A stretch of 64,000 bases of DNA from Octopus sinensis (GCF_006345805.1 NC_042998.1:17422001-17486000), one strand, 5' to 3'; shown: positions 26,665 to 41,286, numbered from the stretch's first letter. Notes: generated by a model not told the origin, from the sequence alone. Program-made: numbers and translations.

Positions 26665-28806
26665 AAACACGCTCTAAACACGCTCCCAAGAAATCTACTA
26701 ACACAAACAGAAACCGGCTCCCTAAAAAGAAAAAAACACTCATCAGGCGCATCAAAAGACTCAACAAAAAAATCAACCAATTAAAATATTCCCACACACA
26801 ACATCCACATTCAACAACAATGAAAAGACTAGAGCTGGAAAAACTTCATCTGCAGACGAACATGAAAACCTCCATTGAAAATCAAAGAGCTGTGGAGGAA
26901 CAATGGGTAATCAAAAACATCAAACAGAACCCAAAAGTGTTCTATTTTTATGCAAATAAGCATAAAACCACTGTCTCACCCATTGGGCCATTGATTGATG
27001 ATAACGGCATTCCCCAACACGATGCTAAAGAATGGCAGAAATACTGCAGAAACAATACTGCTCTGTCTTTAGTGTTCCCACTGATATTGACGTAAGGAAA
27101 CGAACGAAGTTGACTCCCAACACAAAATCTCAGACATAACCTTCACTGCCACCGACATCGTAGCAGCAATAAATGAGGTCAGACATTACTCTGCTGTAGG
27201 CCCTGATAGATTTCCCGCTAGTCTCTTGAAGGAATGTAGATACCAACTTGCAGTCCCTCTGACCAACCTCTGGAGAAATTCGTTAGACGCAGGTTATATA
27301 CCGAAACAGTTTCTATCCCAGTCGGTCATCCCGGTTTTCAAACAGGGAAACAGATCCCTCGTAGTCAACTATCGCCCAATCTCACTCACCTCCCACATCA
27401 TTAAAGTGTTTGAAAGAGTTTTAATATCAAGGATGGCTGACTTCCTGGAGACCCACAAACTCCTAAATGCAAATCAGCATGGCTTTCGCTGTGGCAGGGA
27501 CTGTCTAACACAGCTCTTACACCACATTGACGATGTACTCAAAGCCTTGGGAACAGGTTCGAACTCTGACGTCATATATCTTGACTTCAGTAAAGTGTTC
27601 GACAGAGTAGACCATAACATCCTACTCTCAAAATTGGCAAATGTTGGAATCCGTGGAAAAGTTCTACACTGGATTAAGTATTTCCTGGCGAATAGAACAC
27701 AACATGTTGTAGTTGATGGAGTCCACTCCAACCCGGCAAAAGTCACCAGCGGTGTTCCGCAGGGAACTGTTTTGGGTCCGCTACTCTTCATAATTTACAT
27801 AAATGACCTTTCCAGTGTCGTACATTACTGCAAAGTGAAAATATTTGCTGATGACACTAAGCTCCAGCATATCGTCAATGAAGAAGCAGACCGAACTCAA
27901 CTCCAGTCTGATTTATATGCTGTGAGTCAATGGGCAGACAGAAACAAAATGCAACTGAATGAGGGAAAATTTGAGCTGATGCATTTTGGAAGAAATTCCT
28001 CACTAAAACAACCATACTCTCAGGGGAACCGCTCACAGCCTCTAACAATATCAAAACCTGGGTGTAATGTTGATGACGATCTCAGTTCCAGTGCACACAT
28101 CAACAAGAAGGTCGATATACCTCGTAGGATGAGTTCCCTGGACTTAATAACTTTCCGGTCCAGAGAACAAGGTGACATCATACCACTTTTTCCTCCTTTG
28201 TACGGCCACACTTTGAATACTGCTGCCCACTGTGGTCTCCTCACACAGACAAAACATCTCCAGAATTGAGTCACCCAGAGGGCACTCACTAAACAATTGA
28301 AGGCATGGCTGCTCTCGATTATTGGATCGCCTTAAAGCCTTGAAACTTTACTCCCTCCAGCGTCGCCGTGAGCGGTACATCATTTGTACGATGTGAAAGA
28401 TATACCGCCAACTTTGCCCAAACGACCTAAACATTAGCTTCAAGGTTCATCCAAGACTTGGACCACGGGCTATACGTCCCCTGCCAAATTCAAGATCACA
28501 ACATACATGTTCACTGCAACATAATTTCTTTTCCTCAACAGGCCCTGCCCTATTTAACATTGTCCCGAGGGAGATCAAAGAGGAAAAGGATCCCATCAAC
28601 TTTAAACAGAGTCTGGATAGATTCCTTCAAAGAATACCAATAAGCCACCCATAATTGGATACAACTCACCCAACAAGAACTCACTACTTGAACAAAACTT
28701 GACTTAAACAGGATTCGAATAATCTATCAGGTGGTGCTATTAAGTTAGACATGGCTTGGACCAATCCTTGTCGAAACATATCTAAGTTTATCTAAGTCTA
28801 AGTTTA
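26665..28806 (+). mobile_element. 5'-truncated CR1-like LINE; ORF2 reverse transcriptase pseudogene with 3' tail
   Basis: ORF 27226-28269 contains YRPISLTS, QHGFR, YLDFSKVFDRVDH, SGVPQGTVLGPLLFIIYINDL and FADDTK. Upstream IKQNPKVFY and downstream SLQRRRERY in other frames. Tail of (tatctaagtt) repeats. Confidence 0.95.
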
Positions 28807-28836
28807 TATTTTATATATTATATATATATATATATC

Positions 28837-28876
<40 letters not shown>

Positions 28877-29404
28877 ATATATATAAAAAGAAGATAGATA
28901 TATGTACATATATGTAGATATACATACATAATACGAAAGCATATATGCTTTTTCAAATTTCGTGTCTCCTTTACTGTTTCCCTTAATATTGCAATACATG
29001 ATGAGAATATTATTAAAGCTGTGCGAATATCGAGAAACAATATAAGTCAATTCGTGTTAGGTCTTACTAAAATATTTTAATACATTTCTATTAGTGCAGT
29101 TCAGTTTGACAGCGGCGTCTCTTAGAGTAACGCACGATAAACAAAAATAAATTATATTTAAGTTTAAGCGAATGTTACATAAACGATATTTTGTTATGGT
29201 TTTCGCATTGTTTTATTGGATAACATGTTACATTATTTGGACTAACTAATAACAAATATGTTTCAAAGAGAATGATTACCTCTCTTGCAAATGTATTTCA
29301 TGTATAAGAGAGTATACTATAGGCATAAATATCAGCATGTACACTAGAACAAAGTTACACATAACTTAACATTTATTCTCATCTAGGCTAACTCACACAC
29401 AAGT

Positions 29405-29578
29405 TATATATATATATATATGTATGTATGTGTGTGTGTATACATATATATATATATACATACATACATATGTATATATATATATACATATATATATGTA
29501 TGCCTGTATATTATATAAACATACAACGTATATATACATATATATATATACATTATATATGTATATATATAATATATT

Positions 29579-29643
<65 letters not shown>

Positions 29644-29645
29644 TT
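29405..29645. repeat. Degenerate (TA)n/(TACA)n tract
   Basis: Directly visible. Confidence 0.9.
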
Positions 29646-30278
29646 GTATGTATGCATTATGCATGCATATATTTATATATTTTAATGTTAGGAAAGATAA
29701 GAATTTCAATGAAATATGCTGTTTGCAAAATATTGTTATTATCATTCAATCTGCTCTCACGGAGAACGTGTAAGTGGGAAATATATCAAGATTAAATTTC
29801 AGATTATAGATTATTTAGATAAATGATTCTAAATCTTTCACACTTTCTGCAAGTTGGAATAAATCGTTGAGTATAACATATATTTTTTTTTGTAAGTAAA
29901 AGTATAAAAGTTAATAATATATTATGATATACTTTTGTTGGCACACATACATACACACGCATATGAATTTATTTCATAGGAAATTCAGCCAAATAAATTA
30001 CGATTTATCTCAATTCATTTGATGATAAACGAATATCATGGAAGAGATACAAACACACCTATGTAATCACGGCAATATGCAGCGAAAATACAGAAACACA
30101 GATACATGCACGTATACATACATACAAGCGCAGATGAGTATTCGTTCATAATCTTCTTTCATAAAATCTCACTATATAGATACTACGAAAGTTTTATTGG
30201 AAGTATTAAACGAAATGATGCTCCATTATAGAAGCATTTCTACATGTATAGAATACTTTTCTATGTATAGAAGTACTG

Positions 30279-30400
<122 letters not shown>

Positions 30401-30490
30401 CACACACACACATTATTTATATATATATATACATACATATATATATAGATATGTATATATAACATATATATCTATTTATATTATATATAT

Positions 30491-30656
30491 TTTTCTGTCC
30501 TTTTATTCTCTCCTTGTTTTTTCTGTGTCCCTTTCTGTAGAAGAGCGTAGGCTCGAAACGTAAAAGACTTTTCCTATTCCTGCACGTTATACTAATACAT
30601 CTGTTTGTTTTATACACCACCTGTCTTCGTCTTTGTTTTTTTTCGTAAACTCTCCC
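30491..30656 (+). mobile_element. ~166-bp non-coding unit embedded in (TA)n, carrying a hammerhead-like motif
   Basis: Flanked by TA tracts. Related copies at 23211-23320 (+) and 40813-40900 (-). Confidence 0.6.
30531..30566 (+). ncRNA. Minimal type I hammerhead-like motif with an A6U core variant
   Basis: cttt-CTGTAGA-a-gagc(gtag)gctc-GAAA-CG-TA-aaag. Stems I and II pair perfectly. Confidence 0.55.
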
Positions 30657-31789
30657 TATATATATATATATAAAAGTACTACCACATATATAGCTGGAAA
30701 TTTGGGGAAGTCATCTAAGTTCGAAAATAAGGGTACCGGTAGTAACTCTCACTGAATTATATGTATTTTTCCTATTTTGCCTTCCTATATAGCAAAATAT
30801 CATATTATCGTGTATTGATATAAAACTTATTGTTTATAGACGCCCAATTAATTAGTCGAATATATCACTTTCATTGAATGTCCTACTGGCTTGCTCCCAG
30901 GTGTGCTTCCTGCTAACACTTACGGTGTAGGTCATAATTTCTTATTAAAAGTGAAGAATATTTCGTTTCCCAACTCCAAACTAATCTTTGAGATATGACA
31001 TACAATTATTGTGTTTTATTATCGTCAACGCCTCATAAATTCCCAAACGTTAACAATTCATTACAAATATTACAAATTTTTAAAGCAGCTTCATATTATT
31101 TCCTCAGTGCATAATATTACTGTACTTGTGAGTAGGAGGTGAAAGTGATATTCGCGTATTAGAAATCAGGGTGGCAGTAGGGGAGGGATTGTTCATACAT
31201 CTGCATAGATCTAGAGGTATTCGTTTCCTGTTTCAATATGAACTGAATGAGCATAAAGTTCTCTTTATCATAAGCACTTTGCTGGCGTCTAAACAATTAA
31301 AGAGACGAAAGCAATAAGGGAATCAAATATAACTTGAAAAGCAAAAGTAAATTTTAAATGCTAACCACCAGGTGTATATAAGGCATAGAAATATGATCTT
31401 GAGTGTAGGCGAATTCAATTTCAATTATGATGTGCCAGTATATTTGAAATATTTGATCATAGTATGGTTTTACTGTCGCATAAGGATACAACTAAATTAA
31501 TTAATTTTGAGGGGTGTTGAATTGTAACAAGTTAGAGTTAAAAGGTATTTGTAAAGCAGTGATATAGCTGAAATATGTTGATGAAGCACTGAGTTATACA
31601 CTTTCTTAAACCCTTAATTTCCATTAAACATATGAAAGTGATTAATTTTCCCTCACCATTTTCTTTCATTCTTTCTCTTTCCCTTTATTTCTCTCTTTCA
31701 CTCTCTCTCTCTCTCTCTTTCTTTCCCTTGCTTTTTATATATACATTCATGGCTATGCTGTGAGTGCGGCTGCATTAATGTGAGGAAAA

Positions 31790-31885
31790 TAACTTAGAAT
31801 CAGTTTTTAATCATCCATTATTAACTTAGAATCGGTTTTTAATCATCCATTATTAACTTAGAATCAGTTTTTAATCATCTATTAT
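31790..31885. repeat. 32-bp minisatellite, 3 copies
   Basis: taacttagaatc(a/g)gtttttaatcatc(c/t)attat x3 with no spacers. Confidence 0.92.
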
Positions 31886-31905
31886 ACCTATTACATTATG
31901 TGAAG

Positions 31906-32116
31906 ACCGGCGAGCTGGCAGAAACCTTAGCACGCTGGGCGAAATGCGTAGCCGTATTTCGTCTGCCGTTACGTTCTGAGTTCAAATTCCGCCGAGGTCG
32001 ACATTGCCTTTCATCCTTTCGAGGTCGATAAATTAAGTACCAGTTACGCACTGGGGTCGATATCTGTCCTTGTTTGCCTGCTCTGTGTTTAGCCCCTTGT
32101 GGGTAGTAAAGAAATA
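31906..32116 (+). mobile_element. SINE family B, near complete
   Basis: tRNA-like head (tggcagaa; B-box gagttcaaattcc) plus gcctttcatcctttcgaggtcgataaattaagtaccag. Confidence 0.9.
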
Positions 32117-32559
32117 ATTATTAACCTGGATATGAGAATATATTGCTAAAATAATTACTACGACGATTTTATACCTGCATCCATGAGAAACAGGATCCGA
32201 AAGATTACTCCACCCTCTACCAAACTCAATAACATACATCACCCTTACGCATGGAAATAAATAAAATCACATGGAAAGAGTGAAGATCATTTTAGTAACC
32301 AAGTGATTTAGGACAATATGTTGTAAAAAATAATTTCAGTAAAAATTAAGACAGGGCGAATGAGTATCACAAAAACAAATAAATGAACACATTACTATAA
32401 AGAAGGGAAAGTGGCTGGCAAAGAAAAAAGAAGAAAATACAATAGAGGAACAGAGCAAGGTGGAAGACAGGAGAAAACGAGAAGAGAGAAGAAAACGAAA
32501 AAAAGAGAGATTTGAGATAAGCTAGAGAGATTATAATAGTTATATCTGATAAATTGTGC

Positions 32560-32735
32560 GAAATATTGGTTTTAAATTTAGGCAGAAGGCCAATTGCGTC
32601 GACCTCGGTGCTAGATTGGTGCTTATTTTGTCAACCTTAACATAATAAAAGGTATAGTCGGTCTCGGCGGAATTTCAACTTGGAACGTAAAGACGGTATG
32701 AAACGTCGCTAATTATTTTGCCCAGGTAACAACTC
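32560..32735 (-). mobile_element. SINE family B, old copy
   Basis: gtcggtctcggcggaatttcaacttggaacgtaaagacgg resembles the reverse complement of family B. Confidence 0.6.
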
Positions 32736-32943
32736 TGATAGACAATAGACACAGTTCATAGAGGAGGTGGAAATGATTAGAAATCATGCAGTACATAGGA
32801 ACCTAAATTTATTAATGGTGAAATGTGTATTGGAGATAAAATTTTATAAAATGAAATAAAACGGACACAGAAACCATTAAGAATATATTGCTTAAAATAA
32901 AACGGCCGACGATATTCACTGCCATATATATAGTAATATGTGG

Positions 32944-33246
32944 TGGTGCAATGGCCTAGTGGTTAGGGCAGCGGACTCGCGGTTGTAGGATCGCAGTTTC
33001 GATTTCCAGACCGGGCGTTATGAGTGTTTATTGAGCGAAAACACCTAAATAGCTCCACGAGGCTCCGGCAGAGGGTGGTGATCCCTGCTGTACTCTTTCA
33101 CCACTCTTTCTCCCACTCTTTCTTCTGTTGGCCTGCTCGCTTAGCCAGCGGGGTGGCGTCATTCGAAGGCTAAAACAATGCGAACGCATTGTGACCAGCG
33201 ATGTGTAACTACATCTGATTGACTGGTCGGTCACGTGATGGTGATA
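32944..33246 (+). mobile_element. SINE with family C head and a third type of tail
   Basis: Head matches family C to ~33125. Tail ...tgtgaccagcgatgtg...gactggtcggtcacgtgatggtgata. Confidence 0.85.
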
Positions 33247-34499
33247 TACAGTACTATATGACGCTCTAAATATATTTGCAACATAACCCTGCAATTCTGA
33301 TGCTTACACAATGATTTGTTTAATTTTCAAATTTGGAGTAAACGAATCTCTTCACGAAAACCATTGTTACATCCAATATTATTGAGCTTGCAGAAAGCAG
33401 CCTTATATTAGAAATAAATGAGATGTAAATTAATTGTTCCCTCTGAAACAATTCAATGTTTTCTTTCCTCTTACAAATTTTAGGTATTACCTAGATAATG
33501 AAACGCCCCATTTTGAGCACATCTAAGAAGCACACTGATTTGCATGTTGTAAAATATAAACAATATTTGTATAGTGTGTTTTGTTTAATCAACGAGACAT
33601 ACTTAAAAGGAAAGCAGCGAAAGAGAGCAAGTGTGATAAAAAGAAGACACAGACAGAATATTTATTATAAATATTTGAAATCTAGTATATTTCAATGCAT
33701 TATATCCATTTGTAGTCTTGATAATACCACTATTGATAAATTTTTGATACGTAGAACATAAAAAGTAAATAGATCAATAAGTAAAGGGCAGCATTAATTT
33801 TAAACCATTGTCGTAAAATCAATTATTCTGCCAATAGCATAGAAATCAGTTTTCAATAGATTTCTCTAATGGACATCTATTCAAAAATGCTGATTTCTTT
33901 TTTTGTTAAATAATTTTTCTTCATAAATTTCTATTACCTATTTGTATCAACTATATGAATGAAGTATATTTATCGACTATGATTTCAGACATGTGTCTAT
34001 ATATCCGTTAGATGGTCTGCTATGACAGAATATAAAATTGATAACATAAATAGGTGTCCATTATAATAACACATAAATTTCCGTCTTATTTTTATTTTCC
34101 ATCAAAGCATTCCAGACTGAATTCAAATCACGTTATTTTTTTACAACAAAATAATTACATGTTGCTTTTTTCATTTATTTACTTGCTTTCTTGTACCAAC
34201 CTCGCAATTTCTTTTCAATTTTCAATCTCGAAAGATTTGTACGTTTTTGCAATTAAAAATAGAGTTGAATCAATTTGTACAACAATCAGTGTATTGAAAT
34301 ACAATATCAGACACAGTTTCATGTATGTCATATTGTCTGTTTGTAAATATATCTTACAAGTAAAGAATCACAAAAGACAAAAGTAAATCGTAACGAAATG
34401 CATTTGTTTAAACAAACATCAATCTTTTCAATAATATCCTTATTTACACACATACACAAGCACAAACATATATATATAGACAAATCCACTCACGCTTGC

Positions 34500-34660
34500 G
34501 TACACATACACGTGTGTGTTTATGTATGTGTGTATGTGTATGAGGGCATGCGTGTGTATGCGTGTGTGTATGTATGTATGTATGTATGTATGTGCGTATG
34601 TATGTATGTATGTATGTATGTATGTATGTATGTATGTATGCATGTATGTATGTATGCTTG
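34500..34660. repeat. (TG)n/(TATG)n microsatellite
   Basis: Directly visible. Confidence 0.9.
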
Positions 34661-34937
34661 TAAATACTTGTATCTATATATACGGACAAATATGCACACG
34701 CACACACTTATATACTTAGGTTAAATTTATTGACGTAAATTTATTAATGTGTCGGCGATCACACCAAATATTTACTGTGAGTGCACAATAACATTTATTC
34801 ATTATATTTCACACTAACGCCTATTTTTTCAATATCAACACACGTTTACTCACACATACTCATACGTAAACACATTCATGCATACATCCATTCCGAGTAT
34901 GTGTGTGTGTGTGTGTGTTTTGTATGTTTGTATGTGA

Positions 34938-34986
<49 letters not shown>

Positions 34987-36136
34987 GTATTTGGCGGGGT
35001 ACATGTGTGTATCAGGTCGAGTGTAAGCTTGTATGTATATGTATAGAATTGCATTGCTGCACTTGGACAAGAAATAATGAAACTCGAAACCAGTTATTTA
35101 TTTCACGAATGAACGTCCTTTTTGCCAACCACATCAACAAAACCCTGTCCTTCCCCAGTTTAGAATATATTTTTAAAAATATTTGTAATCTATATTCTTT
35201 TAAAATGTATCTCCTTGTTTGTAAAACACTTCCTTTTCTTTAATTCAGTTTGAGCATTTGTATAACGACGATTAATGTACGCATGGATAACACGTGTTAT
35301 TCATGTAGTGTTTCTCCATGACTATTATTCCTGCTGATATTATTTTCCTTAGATAAAATGGTATAATTTGTGTGATGTGTGACATCTGCTTCAATAGATG
35401 AAGCGGTCCTGAAAAGTTTTCATCTGATTCTATATTGCCGATTTGCAACATACCTACTCTTAACTAAAAAATTTTTCAAGAACTGGCGTTCCATGTATGG
35501 TCTTAACATCATTTTATATATCAGCGAAATCATTATCCTATGATCCATAAAGTTCCCTATGATTCACCCATTTTACCAAGTTTATCACCGACTCCAAAAT
35601 TTAAAAAAAGAAGGTAGCGTATCATTTGAGTAAGACTTAATAGTTATACTTTGTACCTGTCAATGCCATGGTAACGAACTGAATATAACTGATAACTACA
35701 AATCCCAGCAAAACGTACACCAAAACATTCTCCCGCGCACACACTAACATGCATATACGCATACAACTATAAGATGTGTAAATATAGTGTCTTTGTCCTT
35801 GTTCATGCTAACACCTTTCTAATTTATATTGCGTATATTTAAGTTTTTGGCATAGTTTTCGTTGAATAGGTACGGACAAAAGCACTGCCCAAAACGTTCT
35901 CCTGCTAGGGTGGATATTTAGAAATAACGCTTTGTAGGATATACCCTGTCCCGAATGCAGTCAATATATTTATAGCCGTTGAAATATATATACATACATA
36001 CATACATATATATATATCATACCGTATCATATTATATAAATGTGGTACTTATTAATTCGGTTTCCTTTGCCAAACTACTATGTCATGAACAACAACTGTT
36101 CAATCGGTTGGAGAACAAAGACAAACACAGAGATAC

Positions 36137-36226
<90 letters not shown>

Positions 36227-37315
36227 TCTGTGTGTGTGTAATATAGGCATCCACACAGTTTATGTCTACCAAATTGTATGATAATACATTGGTCAGTGTC
36301 AGACTACGGTAGAAGACCACACAGTTCGATGGAAACCCAAACCACTTGGTTGCAAAATGAGCTTCTCCATATATATATATATCTTTATAGAGAGAGAGGG
36401 GGAAGGATAGATAGAGAGGTAGGTGGAGAGACAGACAGTCATAGTCAGACAGAAAAACGGACAGGTGTAAGGACATATAGATAGATAGATAAATAGATAG
36501 ATATCCATATGCAAAGGTTCAAGAAAGTATGTGTATCTAAAAGATTAGAAAATAGTTTCCTAATTTTTAAAAGTAGCTTAACTGGTTTTACTTGTAAACA
36601 ATGTGGAACCGCATAACAAGGATGCACTTAGATTAGTATAAACACAATAATATCTAATAATTCACAGGTGGCATTTTCAGGAATATGTGAAGTATATATC
36701 AACAATGATGATGATGATGATGATGGTTGTGGTGGTGGTGGTTTTTGGTGGTAGTGGTGATATAAGTCTCCTATAGTAATTCTGTTGCGATAAAATCGTA
36801 TTAACATTTTTTAAATCTGGAAACAAAAGTGTATCGGTTGGTATCGGACAAAATCTTTTAAAAAATATTTATAGCGCAAAGTTCAAGCAAAGTGTGGTAA
36901 GCAAAGAATGAGCGAGAAAATGAAATTATGAACTTAAATTTGAATATCATATCATCAGCGAAATCCTATTGTGTGGTCACGTAGTTGAGTAATTATCTAT
37001 CATATTTTTTGTAAATACTCATACATTTATAATTTCGACTTAACAATATAATAACAATATAAACATGCATATATTACACCCTATACATACCAAACCAAAA
37101 ATAAGTTAAGACCAAAATCTGAAAGAATATTAATAACAAATCCGTTTCCGACATGGTCAATAAGAACATGAGACCATACAATAATAATAGCAACATTAGC
37201 ATTATTTAGAATATAAAGAGGAATGAAAATGATATACCTTATATAATCCAGTAGAACAAATAATCTTAATCCTAATTCAGGTAAAAATAAAATAAAGGAC
37301 AATATTATCTGGTTA

Positions 37316-37690
37316 ATATCGCGGTTACGAGGATGATGGTCCCAGTTGATCTGATCAACGGAACAACTTGCTCGTGAAATTAATCTACAAGTGGCTGAGC
37401 ACTTCACAGACAATTGTACCCTTAACGTAGTTCTCGGGGAGATTCAGCGTGACTCAGAGTGTAACAAGGCTGGCCTTCTGAAATAGAAGTACAATAGAAA
37501 TTGGAAGAAAGAGTGAGAGAAAGTTGTGGTTAAAGAGTACAGGAGGGTTCGCCACCACCCCTGTCAGCGGCTCGTAAAGCTTTAGCTGTATTTGCTCAAT
37601 AAACACTCACAACGACCGGTCTATGAATTGAAACCGCGATTCTACGACCGCGAGTCCGCTGCCCTAACCACTGGGCCATTGCGCCTCCAC
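37316..37690 (-). mobile_element. SINE family C (diverged)
   Basis: Reverse complement of 15018-15403, ending ...ccattgcgcctccac. Confidence 0.88.
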
Positions 37691-39685
37691 ATATATATAT
37701 ATATATATATATGTATGCATGTCTATAGATACACACACATGCACATAAACACGTATAACTAACTTCTGTATAACTAACTAATTAATAACAGACACTTAAA
37801 AATTGAACTTCAAATAGAACCTGTTCTTTTCTTGTTAGAATGTCCAAAGACAATATATAAGTGCCAGTGTGAGAATACCAAGCAATATGCGTCAAAGTCT
37901 GGAACACTGTATTGTATGGAATCTTAAACCTTTGATGAATTCTTCATTACTAATATACATCAAATTCATAGAAGTTTGCTTGATAAATAGATAAGTTCAG
38001 TAAAATTCTTCATCAAATATATCATTGAGCAGACAGACCGTAGACAATTATTTCTGATTAATACATGGAGTTTATGTTAAAATTTGTTTCGTTTAATTTC
38101 ATTTAGTCGTAATTTATGAATATTTCACTATCTAAAGTTAATATATAAAATCAAACATTGTACCAAATATGAACGGTTTTCATCTCCAGAAATAAATTTC
38201 GAACTATTTACTGTCTGCAACAATCTACGCAATTTCCCCATGTACACATTTTGAAAAAGTAACTAATTTATGGAGTTTTTTTATGCCTCTAAAATGTAAT
38301 GAGCTGAAGAGAACAAGAATCGGAAATGCTCTTGTTTTATTGGTCTGTAAAATATGTATGTTTTCCTTATAAGTTCTTGCATGATCGTAATGAGAGTATG
38401 AAACGGTGCGATTTCAAAAAAGCCATGTCTTTCAAATTTTAGATCTTATTTAGAGTTTTGAAATTTAAAGTATGTATTTTTGTGTCGTATGTTTCTGTGA
38501 GGGTAGCTTTATCTTATGTATGCTATAAATAAGAATTTGAAGATTTTGTCATATTTTACAAGCAATGAAGTTTGAAAACACTTTGGTTGCATCTACACGT
38601 GCAGGGTGTAAGTTAAAGACATCGCTTTAATTTCAACTCAAAACGTATAGAAAGAAAAGCTACGAAGTACAGTTGCACATTTTGAAATCCTTTTCTTTCT
38701 GACAATAGTATTATCCAAAAGAGAGTTTACGTTTGCTGCTGTTTTAAATTCGAATTTGTGAGGTGATGAAACTATACATTTAGTAAGTCACACACACGAT
38801 ATTGGTACGGGTTTAAAATTCTCTCTGCAAATTAATTATGTATAAACTATGAATGTAACATAGGACTAGATTATCGAAAAATTCCTTTTGATAGTGACTT
38901 AAATTATGAAAATCTGACAATGATATTTTAGTTTAATTAAAACGAGGCCTTTATAATGCGTAGAAAACGATCACGTCTTTTAGAGAACTTATGTTGATAT
39001 TGTTGTTTGCACCCTGGTAGACACTGATCGAGCATGCCTAGGATCAAACACTTCTCGTCCGTGACAATTCCGCATATTATTTTATTTTTGTCTAAGTAGT
39101 CAACGTTCATATGATCCGTAAATTTTTAAAGAGAAGTATGTAAATTGATACGGATTTGGCTGTTATTTCTAGCGGTTATCGATTCCTTGTTTGGTAGACT
39201 TTGCATGGTCATCAAAATCTCAATAAATGAAAATATTTATGAAGTATATCTAATATTGGAATATATATATATATTAAATTATGAAATAGAATCAGCACCA
39301 GTGTAATAAACATTATCAAACAAATATACGTAAAGTATTTGGTTCGTGTATCTGCTGGTCGGGTACGTGATGTTGACGAGTCACAAAAATGAAGGAACAT
39401 GTATGTCCATCACTCCCAGATGGGATTGAGAGTGCTTTATCTCGCCCGTCCATTACTTTACGATGTTTTTACACCCGGCGCTTTGAGAGAGTATTTTCAA
39501 CTACAGCAAACAGCTTACCAACAAATAATTTAGTATATGTGGTTAGTAACGTGTGTGTATGTGTGTATATACATACAAACATACATATATATATATATGT
39601 GTGTGTGTGTGTGAATATATATGTATGTATATATATGTGTGTGTGTGTAAACATATGTATATATATATATGTGTGTGTGTGTATA

Positions 39686-39717
<32 letters not shown>

Positions 39718-40167
39718 CGCATATATATAAATATTGCACACAACGTATATATACCTGTGTGTGAATGCAGATATGCATGTCTATGCGTGTGGTATATATG
39801 GTTGTTTAAAAGCCTGCTTCACTAGGATTGTTGAGATTGTTTTTTTTTAAATGTATTGAAATAACTTAAAACTTTTTCCCATGATATGCGAAATGAAATA
39901 ATTTCGTTGATTCAGTATGAAGATCTTTAATGTGTCACACACACACCAGACACACATACACATACACACACACAGACGCGCATAAAGATACCCCTCCCCA
40001 CAGACACACACACACACATTTATGTCTCTGGCCATGTGTGCTCGGGGAATTGCTTCTGCAAATTCATTGGGGAAAAGATACATCGCAAAACACCAAGTTC
40101 CTCGTAGTTTAATAATAAATAGTGAACAGTCTGACCACATGATTTTTGTTTAAGAACAAATAAAAAT

Positions 40168-40326
40168 TGTGAGGTATACTTGCCATCTCAATATGGCTAA
40201 CCACTAAGGGTCGGTGTTACTGTAGCTTGTAGCCCCAGGAGAACATCGCCTCCAGCTGGGGCTACAAGCTATAGTAACACCCACCCTCAGGGTTTAGCCA
40301 TATTGAGATGGCAAGTATACCTCGCA
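40168..40326. mobile_element. ~160-bp near-perfect palindrome (foldback/MITE-like)
   Basis: Arms 40168-40238 and 40256-40326 are reverse complements with few mismatches. 17-nt loop. Confidence 0.8.
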
Positions 40327-40576
40327 TTGTCGTGCAGTTACTGTTTATATCTCGTTCAGAGATTTATTATTGCTCAAATAAAAATTATATCGTTGATATT
40401 CAGTTTTCTTTGTAATACCAGTTAATATTCAATTGATTGCAGAGGAAATTAGGTTCACTAGATAAACATAATTAGATAAACCCAACCGGAGACATTTCCC
40501 GACAGGTGAAATTGTATGAGACACTTTGTTTTAATGTTTTTATGGCGTTTGGTATCTAAGAAACGGGAAGTACATT

Positions 40577-40611
40577 TTAGATGGGAATGTAAATGCTATT
40601 ATAGCAATCTC

Positions 40612-40658
<47 letters not shown>

Positions 40659-40730
40659 TAGGAGAGTTTGCAAAAACACAAAAGACGTTTTAAGTGGGAA
40701 TGTAAATGCTATTATAGCAATCTCATATTT

Positions 40731-40738
<8 letters not shown>
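40577..40738 (+). repeat. ~46-bp direct repeat pair separated by (TA)n and a fragment of the 30491 unit
   Basis: tgggaatgtaaatgctattatagcaatctcatattttat at ~40583-40621 and ~40696-40734. Confidence 0.75.
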
Positions 40739-40807
<69 letters not shown>

Positions 40808-40812
40808 ATGTA

Positions 40813-40900
40813 GGGAGAGTTTACGAAAAACCAAAAGACGAAGGCAGGTGGTGTAAAAACAAACAGATGTATTAGACATATTAAAGGAATAGAATATATA
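40813..40900 (-). mobile_element. Partial copy (3' half) of the 30491-30656 unit
   Basis: agggagagtttacgaaaaa...gacgaaggcaggtggtgtaaaaacaaacagatgtattag is the reverse complement of 30592-30657. Confidence 0.75.
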
Positions 40901-41193
40901 TTACTATTAGAAACAGGGCTAATTTAGCTATTTCTACGTAGATTAAAGGGATGATGAACAAAGTTGATGTTTATACCGTACTGAACTCAGACGTCTGCAC
41001 ATAAATTTGACCAAACCTTGAGAAAGAAACATGCAATCTGTTTATATACCTAACAATTGCAGTAGCTATATAAAACTTGAGCTACTAGTTTGCTGGTTTG
41101 TATACACTCAGTGTTAACAGTTCATGCATTATCAGGCGTCAACAGAGATCATCTCAGTCCACGCATTATTATATATATATATATATGTGTATG

Positions 41194-41225
<32 letters not shown>

Positions 41226-41249
41226 TGCATACATGCATACACATATACA

Positions 41250-41286
<37 letters not shown>

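Noticed and set aside
31790-31885. 32-bp repeat of CRISPR-like length
   Set aside because: Head-to-tail with no spacers, in eukaryotic DNA with no cas genes.
35400-35520. gcggtcctgaaaagtt resembling a mariner terminal repeat
   Set aside because: No matching second end and no convincing transposase residues.
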